Shown piece by piece: positions 29,494-39,529 of a stretch of DNA of 64,000 nt. The DNA is taken from assembly GCA_964648765.1 (NCBI GenBank), contig CAZYLF010000003.1, positions 41,676-105,675 of the forward strand, read 5' to 3'. The DNA is from an uncultured Candidatus Saccharibacteria bacterium. Its GTDB lineage: Bacteria > Patescibacteriota > Minisyncoccia > Phycocordibacterales > JACOZG01. A program made the position numbers and the translations under genes. The notes under the pieces were generated by a model that saw only the letters and a list, made by a program, of their open reading frames with translations, ran no database searches and had not been told where the DNA came from. How positions within the stretch are numbered: position 1 is the stretch's first letter; the number at the start of each line of letters is the position of its first letter.

Positions 29494-30192
29494 CTAGTGA
29501 AGCAACTCCTTTAGACCAAGCAAGGGTCTGGCAAGCACAACTCGACCATCTACGTAACGTGCCACAACCTCATACCCAAGCTTACCAACGAACCAAGAGA
29601 ATGTAACGCTTGGGTTAGGTAATTCGCGAGTTCTAACGATGGTTGTCTTTAATCCAAGTGAAAGAAAATCATCGAGGCGACGCAGGAACATGGTTTTTGC
29701 TAGACCAGATCCTCGATAGCGGTCAATGAGACCCATTTCATCTTGATAAGCGACAAGTTGTCGCTTATCACCCTGTGAAGAAATTGCAATTTCGGTCTTA
29801 AGTTTTTCCTCAAGTTCACCAAGAGTGATCGGGTATCCCCAGCAAAAACCGACAACCTGTTCACCGTCAAAACAAAGCCAGCAGGAAGTTATATCAGTCA
29901 ATTCATGCTCTAAATCCTGCCTAACTTGATCACGAGGCCAATAGTCATCTAGGGGCATCCCGCAATGCCTAAAATTCCAGGAACTTAGAAGTTTGGTATC
30001 CTTTTTACCCCAGAAACCATTTGGATCTGGGCAATCAGGGTTAGAACACTTCTTCCACTCATTCCATGGTGGATCAGCAAACACCTGCCGGTAACAATTA
30101 ATTAATGGTTCGATATGACGTCTTTCTGTAACATCATACTTTACCACTCTAACATCCTTGCTATTTGTAACTAAATTGGACTGCACAAACAC
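29494..30192 (-). CDS. GNAT acetyltransferase with Cys-rich insert
   Basis: YRQVFADPPWNE, YQDEMGL..RYRGSGLA motif A, KLGY. Confidence 0.8.
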   Translation of the reverse strand: MFVQSNLVTNSKDVRVVKYDVTERRHIEPLINCYRQVFADPPWNEWKKCSNPDCPDPNGFWGKKDTKLLSSWNFRHCGMPLDDYWPRDQVRQDLEHELTDITSCWLCFDGEQVVGFCWGYPITLGELEEKLKTEIAISSQGDKRQLVAYQDEMGLIDRYRGSGLAKTMFLRRLDDFLSLGLKTTIVRTRELPNPSVTFSWFVGKLGYEVVARYVDGRVVLARPLLGLKELLH

Positions 30193-30262
30193 ACCATCCT
30201 TTCATAAATTATAGAGAACTAGACGAACACTACTAATAATCTTATCAAGAATGGTTGGATTG

Positions 30263-31786
30263 TCAAAATTTTATAGTTGACAATCTAGTAAAAAGTTTTT
30301 TAATCGCGTAAATATCATCGGTCAGCTCTCTATCTGAATCAAGTTTTTTTACCTTACTTCTAATCATTCTGTATACCTCCCCAGTGATTTTACCTAGTTT
30401 TTTAGTATCCCTAAATTCTAAAGCTTGAGCAGCAGTCATCAATTCTATTGCCAAAACGTTCTCGGCATTTTCTAAAATCTTCCACGCTTTACGGGTAGCA
30501 ATAGTACCCATACTTACATGATCTTCTTGGTTTGCAGATGTAGGAATTGAATCAACTGAGGCCGGGTGAGCTAATACTTTATTTTCTGAAACCAAAGAGG
30601 CGGCAGTATACTGAGAGATCATCAAACCATTGTTTAATCCAGCTTTTTCTGGAGAAATCAAAAACATCGGGAGCCCCTCACTTGTGTTTGCGTCCACTAA
30701 CTTTGCATTTCTTCTTTCAGAAATGTTGGCTATTTCAGACACCGCAATACCAAGGGTATCCATAGCAATAGCAATTGGTTCACCATGAAAGTTTCCACCA
30801 GAAATTGCTTCTTTAGTATCTGCAAAAATAATTGGATTATCGGTTACTGAGTTAATTTCAACATCTACAACCTTTTCAACGTAAGAAATCGCATCTCTTG
30901 ATGCGCCATGCACCTGTGGTGAACATCTAAGCGAGTATGAATCTTGCACTCTGTTTGGTATTGAGTTTACCAATTTTGAGCCTGCTAAAAATTTTAAAAT
31001 ATTTTTTGCTGACAAAATCTGACCTTGGTGTGGCCTAATTTTATGAATCCTTTCATCAAGCGAGCCAGTGACACCGCAAACCGCTTCAATACTTAAAGCA
31101 GCAGCTAAGTCCGCAATTATAAGTAAAGTTCTTACTCTTTCAACTATCAAACATGCCATTCCAGTCATTACCGCAGTTCCGTTGTTCCACGCTAACCCTT
31201 CTTTAGCACCAAACACTATCGGTTTAAGTTTTGCTTTTTTAAGTGCCTCAGCACCTGAAATTATTTTTCCATTATCCCAGGCTTTACCTCTACCCATTAA
31301 AACCAAACCCATGTGGGAAAGTGGGGCTAGATCGCCAGATGAACCCACTGAGCCTTGAGAAGGAACAACGGGGATTACATTCTTATTAATTATTTCAATG
31401 AGAAAATTTAAAAAATCAGGACGTACGCCTGAGTAACCTTGGGCCAGAGAATTTAACCTAACAATTAAAGCGGATCTAACTTGATCTGGGGTTAGATATT
31501 CGCCTACACCAGTTGAATGACTTCGGATCAAGTTTAATTGTAATTCCTCAACCTGACTAGGTTCGATAAATTTATTTTTGAAGTTCCCAAATCCTGTTGT
31601 AATACCATACACAACCTGACGATTCTTGACCATATTATCCACAACTCGTCTAGATTCCGCAACTGCAAGTTTAGCGTTTTTACTTAGTGATACTTTAATT
31701 TTCGGGTTCTCTGTGAGTTTTGAAACAAGGTCAGTAGTTAAATGGTGATCTGGACCAAAAGAGGCAGTAAACTCGTTTTTTAGCAT
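30263..31786 (-). CDS. hutH: histidine ammonia-lyase
   Basis: YGITTGFG, LIRSH (HAL-type), GSSGDLAPL, QDSYSLRC, GGNFHG, NQEDHVSM. Confidence 0.88.
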   Translation of the reverse strand: MLKNEFTASFGPDHHLTTDLVSKLTENPKIKVSLSKNAKLAVAESRRVVDNMVKNRQVVYGITTGFGNFKNKFIEPSQVEELQLNLIRSHSTGVGEYLTPDQVRSALIVRLNSLAQGYSGVRPDFLNFLIEIINKNVIPVVPSQGSVGSSGDLAPLSHMGLVLMGRGKAWDNGKIISGAEALKKAKLKPIVFGAKEGLAWNNGTAVMTGMACLIVERVRTLLIIADLAAALSIEAVCGVTGSLDERIHKIRPHQGQILSAKNILKFLAGSKLVNSIPNRVQDSYSLRCSPQVHGASRDAISYVEKVVDVEINSVTDNPIIFADTKEAISGGNFHGEPIAIAMDTLGIAVSEIANISERRNAKLVDANTSEGLPMFLISPEKAGLNNGLMISQYTAASLVSENKVLAHPASVDSIPTSANQEDHVSMGTIATRKAWKILENAENVLAIELMTAAQALEFRDTKKLGKITGEVYRMIRSKVKKLDSDRELTDDIYAIKKLFTRLSTIKF

Positions 31787-31826
31787 TTTTTTTATTATAC
31801 ATACAAAGACTAGAAAAGCAATTTTA

Positions 31827-32903
31827 TTACACCCCCTCCTCTTTTAGTTCTTCCACAAGTTTGCGGGCTTTTTTGGAAAGCTTGGTTGGAGTTTTAACTA
31901 CCACGCGCACCAAAATATCTCCGCGCTTAGCACCCTTCACTGGCACACCACGCTCTTTAACTCGCAAAAACTCGCCCTGAGCCACACCCTCTGGCACCTT
32001 AATTTTAATATCACCATCAAGCGCCGGCACCACATATTCCGCGCCTAAAATTGAATCAGTTAATTTAATATTTAAATCCATTACCAGGTCATTGGCCACA
32101 CGCTTCCACATCGGACTTTTATCCACGTGCACCTTTACATACAAATCTCCTGGCACGCCACGCGAGACAGCCTCGCCCTTGCCAGTGAGCCTTATCATCT
32201 CACCATCTTGAATACCGGACGGCACACCCACGCCGATCTCCTCGTTCTTTTTTAAAATTCCTAAACCTCGGCAAGAGTCGCAAGGCTTATCGGGAGTTTT
32301 ACCCCTGCCCGCGCAATGCGAACATTCCCTAAGTGTGGAGAAGGTACCAAAAATTGAATTCTTTGTCTCATGCACTTGGCCTTGACCACCACAATGGGCG
32401 CAAGTTTTAAGCGTGGTGCCCGGCTTGGCGCCCGTGCCACTACAAGTGTCGCAGCCTCCCACTTTACTAATTAAAAGTTTGCGCTCACTACCAAAAATAG
32501 ATTCAGTAAATGAAATTTGGATATCAACTGAAATGTCTCGTCCACGATTATTTTTTTGCCTTTTGCCGGCGCCACCAAAAAAGTCGTTGAAGATGTCGCC
32601 CAAATCAAACTGAAAATCCTGACCATTAGCAAAGCCGGTAAAGTCAAAACCCCCAGCATTAAAGCCTCCTTGATCCGCGCCACCGTTTGAGGAGAAGGTA
32701 CGACCATAGGCATCATATTCCGCCCGGCGTTTATCGTCTGAGAGCACCTGGTAGGCCTCGTTAATCTCCTTAAATTTGGCCTCATCTCCGCCTTTTTTGT
32801 CGGGATGATACTTATGGGCCATTTTATGGAAGGCCTTACGTACGTCGTCTTTAGAGGCTCCACGAGCAAGCCCTAGCACCTCATAATAATCTTTTTGATT
32901 CAT
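31827..32903 (-). CDS. dnaJ: chaperone DnaJ
   Basis: J domain HPD, G/F region, four CxxCxGxG repeats. Confidence 0.97.
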   Translation of the reverse strand: MNQKDYYEVLGLARGASKDDVRKAFHKMAHKYHPDKKGGDEAKFKEINEAYQVLSDDKRRAEYDAYGRTFSSNGGADQGGFNAGGFDFTGFANGQDFQFDLGDIFNDFFGGAGKRQKNNRGRDISVDIQISFTESIFGSERKLLISKVGGCDTCSGTGAKPGTTLKTCAHCGGQGQVHETKNSIFGTFSTLRECSHCAGRGKTPDKPCDSCRGLGILKKNEEIGVGVPSGIQDGEMIRLTGKGEAVSRGVPGDLYVKVHVDKSPMWKRVANDLVMDLNIKLTDSILGAEYVVPALDGDIKIKVPEGVAQGEFLRVKERGVPVKGAKRGDILVRVVVKTPTKLSKKARKLVEELKEEGV

Positions 32904-32919
32904 TCGATTTTAGATTATA

Positions 32920-34821
32920 CTACTTTTTTTCTTCCGGTGGCACATCGTGCACTTTTGGTCCTTCTCCCCCCTCACTACCCTTATCTGCTGCTGGAGGATT
33001 TTCTTTAGCGGCTTTATTAATCGCTTCACCAATTTTTTGCATTGAAGCTCCGAGCGCTTCGGTGGCAGTTTTAATCGCACCTAAATCTTGACCATCTTTA
33101 ACTTTCCTCAAATCAGCAACTTTTGCTTCCACATCTGTTTTAATTTCGGCGCTTACCTTATCACCGGAATCCTTGAGAGATTTTTCTGCAGTATAAATAA
33201 GTTGGTCAGCAATGTTCCGAGCTTCTACCACTTCCTTTTTCTTTTTATCATCCTCGGCGTGGAGTTCTGCCTCTTTTTTCATCTTTTCAATATCGGCATC
33301 AGTGAGACCAGAACGCGCCTCAATCCTAATTGATTGCTCTTTGCCACTAGCCTTATCTTTAGCCTTTACGCTCAAAATACCGTTTGAGTCCACGTCGAAG
33401 GTCACCTCAATTTGCGGCATACCGCGCGGTGATGGTGGAATACCGTCCAAAATAAATCGTCCCAAACTCTTGTTATCACCCGCCATTTGACGCTCACCTT
33501 GAGTGATATGAATTTCCACCGAAGTTTGATTATCGGAAGCAGTAGAGAAAATTTGTGAACGCGATGAAGGGATCGTGGTGTTGCGATCAATAAGCTTGGT
33601 GCTAATGCCTCCCATAGTTTCAATCCCAAGCGAGAGTGGGATCACATCAAGCAAAAGTACGTCCTTAACATCGCCCTGAAAGATTCCCGCCTGAATCGCC
33701 GCACCCACCGCCACCACCTCATCGGGGTTGATAGAGCGATTTGGCTCTTTACCAAAAAGTTGTTTAACTGCTTCCACAATGGCTGGCATCCGAGTTTGTC
33801 CGCCCACCAAAATTACTTCATCAATCTCACTCATTTGGTAACCAGAAGCTTCTACTGCGCGCTTAGTGATCGCAATTGATTGATCAATATATTCGCGAGC
33901 GATATCTTCAAGTTTGGCTCGTGTGAGTTTGAGTAAAAGGTGACGAGGGCCCGAAGCGTCGGAGGTGATAAACGGAATATTAATTTCTGTTTCAAGTGTG
34001 GTAGAGAGTTCGTGCTTAGATTTTTCTGCCGCCTCTTTTAAACGCTGTAAGGCGAGCACGTCTTTAGTTACGTCAATGCCTGATTCTTTTTTAAATTCGT
34101 CAGCAATCCACTTGATAATTTTTTGGTCAATATCTTCTCCACCCATATGCGAGTCGCCATCGGTTGATTTAACTTGAATACTTTGCTCGCCATCACCACC
34201 AGCAATATCAAGAATTGAGATATCAAATGTTCCACCACCAAAGTCATACACGGCCACCTTTTCATCCTTCTTTTTATTAAAACCATAGGCCAAAGCCGCG
34301 GCAGTGGGCTCGTTGATAATGCGACGCACTTTAAAGCCCGCAATCTCACCAGCGTCGCGCGTGGCTTTACGTTGTGAGTCGTCGAAGTAGGCCGGCACGG
34401 TAATCACCGCCTCCTCAATTTTTTCACCCAACTTTGCCTCGGCATCCTTCTTTAACTTTTGCAAAATCATCGCTGAAACTTCTTCAGGTCGATGCATCTT
34501 ATCGCCTAGTTTTATCTTGATCCCGCCATCTTCAGACTCTTTAATCTCGTAGGCCGAGAGCTCTTTATCACGCTTTACGTGCGCGTCAGAAAATTTGTGA
34601 CCCATCATGCGCTTTACGCCGTGGATGGTGTTGTGTGGATTAGTAATTGCTTGGCGCTTAGCAAGCAAACCCACCAAACGTTCACCGGCCTTTGAGAGCG
34701 CCACAATAGATGGCGTGGTGCGCACACCTTCAGTATTTTCAATAATTTTTGGCTCACCACCTTCCACAAACGCCATTGCAGAATTTGTAGTACCAAGATC
34801 AATACCAAGGATTTTTGCCAT
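32920..34821 (-). CDS. dnaK: chaperone DnaK
   Basis: [23 protein letters not shown]. Confidence 0.99.
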   Translation of the reverse strand: MAKILGIDLGTTNSAMAFVEGGEPKIIENTEGVRTTPSIVALSKAGERLVGLLAKRQAITNPHNTIHGVKRMMGHKFSDAHVKRDKELSAYEIKESEDGGIKIKLGDKMHRPEEVSAMILQKLKKDAEAKLGEKIEEAVITVPAYFDDSQRKATRDAGEIAGFKVRRIINEPTAAALAYGFNKKKDEKVAVYDFGGGTFDISILDIAGGDGEQSIQVKSTDGDSHMGGEDIDQKIIKWIADEFKKESGIDVTKDVLALQRLKEAAEKSKHELSTTLETEINIPFITSDASGPRHLLLKLTRAKLEDIAREYIDQSIAITKRAVEASGYQMSEIDEVILVGGQTRMPAIVEAVKQLFGKEPNRSINPDEVVAVGAAIQAGIFQGDVKDVLLLDVIPLSLGIETMGGISTKLIDRNTTIPSSRSQIFSTASDNQTSVEIHITQGERQMAGDNKSLGRFILDGIPPSPRGMPQIEVTFDVDSNGILSVKAKDKASGKEQSIRIEARSGLTDADIEKMKKEAELHAEDDKKKKEVVEARNIADQLIYTAEKSLKDSGDKVSAEIKTDVEAKVADLRKVKDGQDLGAIKTATEALGASMQKIGEAINKAAKENPPAADKGSEGGEGPKVHDVPPEEKK

Positions 34822-34840
34822 AATTATTTTTAAATTTAAA

Positions 34841-35416
34841 TTATTTTTTTAATGAATATAAACCTACTTTAACTTTTGCTGGTCGGATCACTTTATCGTT
34901 TAAAATATAGCCCTTCTCAATTACAGATAAAATTTTATTGTCATCTTTTTTTGAATCAACTTCCACTGACTCAATTGCAGTGTGCTTATTAGGATCAAAC
35001 TCTGCACCCATTGGATTTTCAACCTGCAAACCGTTTTGCTTCAACACTCCCTCAAGCTTAGAGTAAATATATTCAATCCCCTGACGCCAATTTGCTGATA
35101 CCGATTCCCACGCTACCTTATTAGCAAATGCCATTTCAAAGTTATCGGCCAAGCTAATGAGGTCGAGCAAGAGATCAGTTTTAGCAAACTTGATGGCCTC
35201 AGTTCGAGCTAATTCCTCAGTTTTTTTGAGATTGAGATAATCAGCTTTCAAACGCTGAGACATCTCCAAATACTCGAGCTTCTCCTTTTGGCAAACGGCA
35301 AGTTTCTCCTTTAACTTTTTCTCGCTTTTTTTCGCTTTTACTTCGTCAGAGAAGTCACCGTCGTCACCGGATTCAACTTCCTCAAATGAGATTTCTTTTT
35401 CGTCTTCAGTTGGCAT
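34841..35416 (-). CDS. grpE: nucleotide exchange factor GrpE
   Basis: FDPNKH, KGY...KVIRPAKV; upstream of dnaK. Confidence 0.95.
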   Translation of the reverse strand: MPTEDEKEISFEEVESGDDGDFSDEVKAKKSEKKLKEKLAVCQKEKLEYLEMSQRLKADYLNLKKTEELARTEAIKFAKTDLLLDLISLADNFEMAFANKVAWESVSANWRQGIEYIYSKLEGVLKQNGLQVENPMGAEFDPNKHTAIESVEVDSKKDDNKILSVIEKGYILNDKVIRPAKVKVGLYSLKK

Positions 35417-35439
35417 CGCTATTTGCGAATAATTAACTA

Positions 35440-35865
35440 CTAACGTTTAGACCACTGTGGAGCTTTGCGAGCTTTCTTCAAACCGAACTTGCGACGTTCC
35501 TTCATTCTTGAATCGCGAGTGAGAGCACCAGCTTTTTTAAGAGTTACTCTTACCTCTGGTTCGTTGAGTACAAGAGCTCTGGCAATACCATGAGCAATGG
35601 CTTCAGCTTGAGAATGAATTCCACCACCGTTAACTTTTACCGTGATGTTAAATTTTTGCTTAGTCTCTGTTTCGCCTTCGGCTTTTAATTGAGCAAGTGG
35701 TTTGATAGTGATCTTTTGTAATTCTTCACTTACAAAATAGGTCTTGATATTACGGTCGTTGATCACCACCTCAGTTTTGGTTGAGGGGGTAATGCGCACG
35801 CGAGCCACGGAAGTCTTACGACGACCAACGGCTTCAATGTATCTTGCTTTTGCGGTAGTTGCCAT
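35440..35865 (-). CDS. rpsI: 30S ribosomal protein S9
   Basis: GRRKTSVAR, KAPQWSKR. Confidence 0.98.
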   Translation of the reverse strand: MATTAKARYIEAVGRRKTSVARVRITPSTKTEVVINDRNIKTYFVSEELQKITIKPLAQLKAEGETETKQKFNITVKVNGGGIHSQAEAIAHGIARALVLNEPEVRVTLKKAGALTRDSRMKERRKFGLKKARKAPQWSKR

Positions 35866-35869
35866 AAAT

Positions 35870-36217
35870 TTATTTGAAATTCAGTTTCTTGATAATCTCA
35901 GGGCGCAGTTTGTTGTTTGGCAACATCCGTAAAATAGCCTCACGCAAAACACCGGAGTGACCCTTTTTGTCGATCACCTGCTCCAAATTTAAAGAACGCA
36001 AACCTCCAGGGAAGCCTGTGTAGCGGATATACTTTTTACCCACCATTTTCTGCGGTAAGATTTTTAACTTGTCCGCATTAACTATAGTAACGGCTGTGCC
36101 TGGCAAAAGGTGTCGGGTAAAAGTCACTTCGCTTTTACCGCGAAGAAGCGCCGCAGCTTCGCTAGCTACTCGGCCTAAAGTTCTCCCGTTTGCGTCAATT
36201 GTGTATTCTTTAGTCAT
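35870..36217 (-). CDS. rplM: 50S ribosomal protein L13
   Basis: IDA.G..LGRVAS, YTGFPGG, MLPNN. Confidence 0.96.
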   Translation of the reverse strand: MTKEYTIDANGRTLGRVASEAAALLRGKSEVTFTRHLLPGTAVTIVNADKLKILPQKMVGKKYIRYTGFPGGLRSLNLEQVIDKKGHSGVLREAILRMLPNNKLRPEIIKKLNFK

Positions 36218-36224
36218 ATTAAAA

Positions 36225-36578
36225 TTAAACAAACTCAATTATGGACTCGGTGCGACCACTACCAGGGCTAGGTGGGAGTTTGATGATCCGAGTGTAACCA
36301 CCAGCACGCTCTTTATAACGAGGGCCAAGATTATCCATAAGAGTTTTTACTGCCTCGTCTTGTCCACCCAAACGTGAACCAAGTAAACGCCTGCCTGCGA
36401 GGGTAGACTTTTTGGCCACAGTTACAAGCTTCTCCACAAATGGTCGTAACTCCTTGGCACGGGCCTCAGTGGTGGTGATTTTGCCATGCGCAATAAGACC
36501 CACAGCCAAAGAGCGTAGAAGAGCCCGGCGGGGGCCACTCTCTCGGCCTAATTTTCTTACATTGTTATGGTGTCTCAT
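36225..36578 (-). CDS. rplQ: 50S ribosomal protein L17
   Basis: MRH...RKLGR, ITTTEARAKE, GGYTRIIK. Confidence 0.98.
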   Translation of the reverse strand: MRHHNNVRKLGRESGPRRALLRSLAVGLIAHGKITTTEARAKELRPFVEKLVTVAKKSTLAGRRLLGSRLGGQDEAVKTLMDNLGPRYKERAGGYTRIIKLPPSPGSGRTESIIEFV

Positions 36579-36600
36579 GGGTGCAAAGATCCTAGCAGAT

Positions 36601-37590
36601 TTATGACTTTAAGGAAATACCGTTCTTAGCGAGTAAAGCTTTGATCTCCTCAATGGCCTTGTCTCCTAATCCGTCCATGGAGCTTAGATCCTCCTCGCGC
36701 TTACGGGCCAAACCACCAGCTGTGCGGATGCCCTCCTCCTCCATCACTTTAAGAATACGAGATGAGAAGCCAAGATCCTCAATGCGAGTCTTTAAAAAGT
36801 CAGCCTCCTTCTTAGCCTTTTCTGGACTCACTGGCTCATCGTCTTCTTTATCCTCAGCTTTAGACTTTTCAGCCTTTGCAGGAGTTTCAATAAAATCTTC
36901 TTTAAAGCCCACAATCGCTTTGAGCTGGTGGATCATTATTTCAATTGATTTTTCAAGCGCCTCTTTAGGGCTTAACGAACCATCAGTTTCAATAGCCACA
37001 CGCAAACGATTATAATCAGTTCTGTCGGCCACACGCATGTTCTCTACCTCATAACTTACGCGTCGAACTGGGGTAAACGAAGCATCTAACCAAATTGTGC
37101 CAATTTCACTTTTATCCTTCTGGATCATATCTTTTGGCATATAACCAAGTCCCTTCTCTATGTGAATTTCAACTTCAAGATGAGCACTCTTCTCGGTTAA
37201 AGTCGCAATTACTTGATCCTTATTTACCACCTCCACTTGGCCACCAACATCAATATCACCAGCGGTAATAGTTTTGGCACCTTTTACAGAAATTTTAGCA
37301 ACTTGTGGCTCATCGCTAGCCATGCGGAACTTAACCTTTTTTAAATTTAAAATAATGGTGATCGCGTCCTCTTTAATTCCATCAATAGTTGAAAACTCGT
37401 GGGAAGCACCAGCAATTTTAACCGAGGTAATAGCCGTGCCCACCAAAGATGAGAGAATAATCCGGCGCAAAGAATTACCCAAAGTCTGGCCGTAGCCTGG
37501 GTAAAGTCCCTCAATCTCATAAACTCCTCGTACTCCGTCCTCGCTCACAATGCGGGGCTTGGATGGCAAAATGATGTCGTGATTAATCAT
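36601..37590 (-). CDS. rpoA: RNA polymerase alpha subunit
   Basis: GYGQTLGNSLRR, HEFSTI.G, DASFTPV. Confidence 0.98.
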   Translation of the reverse strand: MINHDIILPSKPRIVSEDGVRGVYEIEGLYPGYGQTLGNSLRRIILSSLVGTAITSVKIAGASHEFSTIDGIKEDAITIILNLKKVKFRMASDEPQVAKISVKGAKTITAGDIDVGGQVEVVNKDQVIATLTEKSAHLEVEIHIEKGLGYMPKDMIQKDKSEIGTIWLDASFTPVRRVSYEVENMRVADRTDYNRLRVAIETDGSLSPKEALEKSIEIMIHQLKAIVGFKEDFIETPAKAEKSKAEDKEDDEPVSPEKAKKEADFLKTRIEDLGFSSRILKVMEEEGIRTAGGLARKREEDLSSMDGLGDKAIEEIKALLAKNGISLKS

Positions 37591-37621
37591 AAATATATTA
37601 TTAAAATTATTTTTTTAAATA

Positions 37622-38257
37622 TTAAACGCGACTATAAAATTCCAAGATGGCGGTAAAGTTAAGGTTAGCCTCCTGCTCACCAAAAAGTGGTAGGGCCTTA
37701 ACTGTTAAGGTCTTGTCGGAATCATTCCACAAAAGCCACTTCGGCGTAACGTAATCCTTCAACCGTTCATCAATATTGCTGTAAATTGGCTTGGCCAAAC
37801 TCTGTTTGCGGATAGTTACCACATCACCGAGTGAAAGCTTCATTGAAGGGATAGTGACTCGCTTGCCATTTACCATAATGTGACCGTGAGATACCACTTG
37901 GCGAGCAAAAGCTCGAGAAGTTGCCCAACCTGCGCGGAACACTACGTTATCAAGACGACGCTCGAGGAGTTGATAAAGTTCAGGAGCGGGATTACCTGCT
38001 TTAACTTTATGACGAGCATTCTCTACATAATTGCGGAACTGTCTCTCATTTACTCCGTATGTATAACGAGCCTTTTGCTTTTCAATCAATTGGATACCAT
38101 AATCGCTTTTACCGCGAGCTCCACCCTTGCCACCACGGCCACCTGTTGGCTTTTTATTTGTAGTACTACCAGAAATCGCAAACTTGGTAGTTTGGCATTG
38201 CGGAAAAACGTTATCTCCTAAGCGGCGGCAAATTTTATATTTTGGTCCAATTTTCAT
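37622..38257 (-). CDS. rpsD: 30S ribosomal protein S4
   Basis: QLIEKQK, LERRLDNVVFR, ARQVVSHGH. Confidence 0.98.
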   Translation of the reverse strand: MKIGPKYKICRRLGDNVFPQCQTTKFAISGSTTNKKPTGGRGGKGGARGKSDYGIQLIEKQKARYTYGVNERQFRNYVENARHKVKAGNPAPELYQLLERRLDNVVFRAGWATSRAFARQVVSHGHIMVNGKRVTIPSMKLSLGDVVTIRKQSLAKPIYSNIDERLKDYVTPKWLLWNDSDKTLTVKALPLFGEQEANLNFTAILEFYSRV

Positions 38258-38273
38258 GATTACTTATTTAAAT

Positions 38274-38705
38274 TTAAACGCGACGAGGCTTTTTAGCTTT
38301 TGGTCCATTAAAAGGCACAGGTGTAGCATCTTTAAGTGCTAAAATGCCGATACCTCGAGCCACGAAAGCGCGGATAGCAGATTCTCTACCTGAGCCCACC
38401 CCGCGCACCACCACATCCACCTCCTTCATACCGATAGCCTCGGCCTTTTCGGCAATAATTTCACCAACTTTACTTGCGGCGAAAGTGGTGCCTTTTTTAG
38501 CTCCCTTAAAACCTAAAGCACCGCTTGATGACCAAGCAAGCACATTACCCTCTGGGTCAGTAAGAGAGAGTAACGTGTTGTTGTAAGTAGCGCGCACTTG
38601 GAGAGTACCGATGGCAAACTTCTTTTTGGGCCCGCGTGAAGCCTTGGCATCGCCTGCCTTTGTGCCCTCCACTCCCACTTCCGCTACTACACGTTTTTTA
38701 CCCAT
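38274..38705 (-). CDS. rpsK: 30S ribosomal protein S11
   Basis: ATYNNT, GFKGAKK, G.GRESA, TPVPFNG. Confidence 0.98.
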   Translation of the reverse strand: MGKKRVVAEVGVEGTKAGDAKASRGPKKKFAIGTLQVRATYNNTLLSLTDPEGNVLAWSSSGALGFKGAKKGTTFAASKVGEIIAEKAEAIGMKEVDVVVRGVGSGRESAIRAFVARGIGILALKDATPVPFNGPKAKKPRRV

Positions 38706-38715
38706 ATTATATATA

Positions 38716-39096
38716 TTATTTCTTATCTAACTTCTTACGGCCAGAACCCATTGTCTTACGCACATTACCTCGGCGAGTGCGAGAGTTGGTTTTGGTGCGT
38801 TGACCACGTGATGGTAACTTTTTTAAATGTCGTGACCCACGATAACTCTTAATATCAGTGAGACGTTTAATATTTGAGGAAATCTCTCTTTTTAAATTAC
38901 CTTCGGTTTTAAGACCATCAAGAATTTTACGAATCGCATTTTCCTCATCTGCTGATAACTCGGCGGAACGTTTGCCATGTTCAACCTTTGCCTCGTCTAA
39001 AACTCTCTTGGCCAAACTACGACCAACACCATAGATCGCAGTGAGGGCGATCTCAATTCTTTTATTTTCAGGAAGTGTGATACCAGATATACGCAT
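38716..39096 (-). CDS. rpsM: 30S ribosomal protein S13
   Basis: ALTAIYGVG, SYRG.RH, RGQRTKTN. Confidence 0.98.
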   Translation of the reverse strand: MRISGITLPENKRIEIALTAIYGVGRSLAKRVLDEAKVEHGKRSAELSADEENAIRKILDGLKTEGNLKREISSNIKRLTDIKSYRGSRHLKKLPSRGQRTKTNSRTRRGNVRKTMGSGRKKLDKK

Positions 39097-39101
39097 AAAA
39101 A

Positions 39102-39218
39102 TTAAGCTTGTTTTTGTTTATGTCGGGGTTTATTTTTGCAGATAACATAAAGATGGCCACGTCGTTTAACGATCTTGCAGCGTGCACATCTTGTCTCAAT
39201 TGCGGATCTTAAATGCAT
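39102..39218 (-). CDS. rpmJ: 50S ribosomal protein L36 (below ORF-track cutoff)
   Basis: Manual translation MHLRSAIETRCARCKIVKRRGHLYVICKNKPRHKQKQA; lies between infA and rpsM. Confidence 0.95.
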   Translation of the reverse strand: MHLRSAIETRCARCKIVKRRGHLYVICKNKPRHKQKQA

Positions 39219-39227
39219 AAAATTTGT

Positions 39228-39482
39228 CTACAGTCTTTTAACAATTCTGGCTTTGCCGCCATATGGATCAAGAAGCAAAGTAACCCGGTCCCCTACTAGG
39301 ACACGGATTCGATTTATCCTCATTTTACCCGCCAGATAAGCCAAAATTTCCTTATCCTCAGGCTGAGATGCCAGTTTAACCCGAAAGAGAATGTTAGGCA
39401 AGGCCTCTACCACTACCCCTTCAACTAGATTATCTTTGTCTTTTTCTTCCACTCTTTGATTATTAATATTATCCATTGGCAC
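39228..39482 (-). CDS. infA: translation initiation factor IF-1
   Basis: [22 protein letters not shown]. Confidence 0.96.
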   Translation of the reverse strand: MPMDNINNQRVEEKDKDNLVEGVVVEALPNILFRVKLASQPEDKEILAYLAGKMRINRIRVLVGDRVTLLLDPYGGKARIVKRL

Positions 39483-39529
39483 GAAGGCCTCGGCTATACT
39501 AACAAATTAATACCTATTTAGTCAAATAT

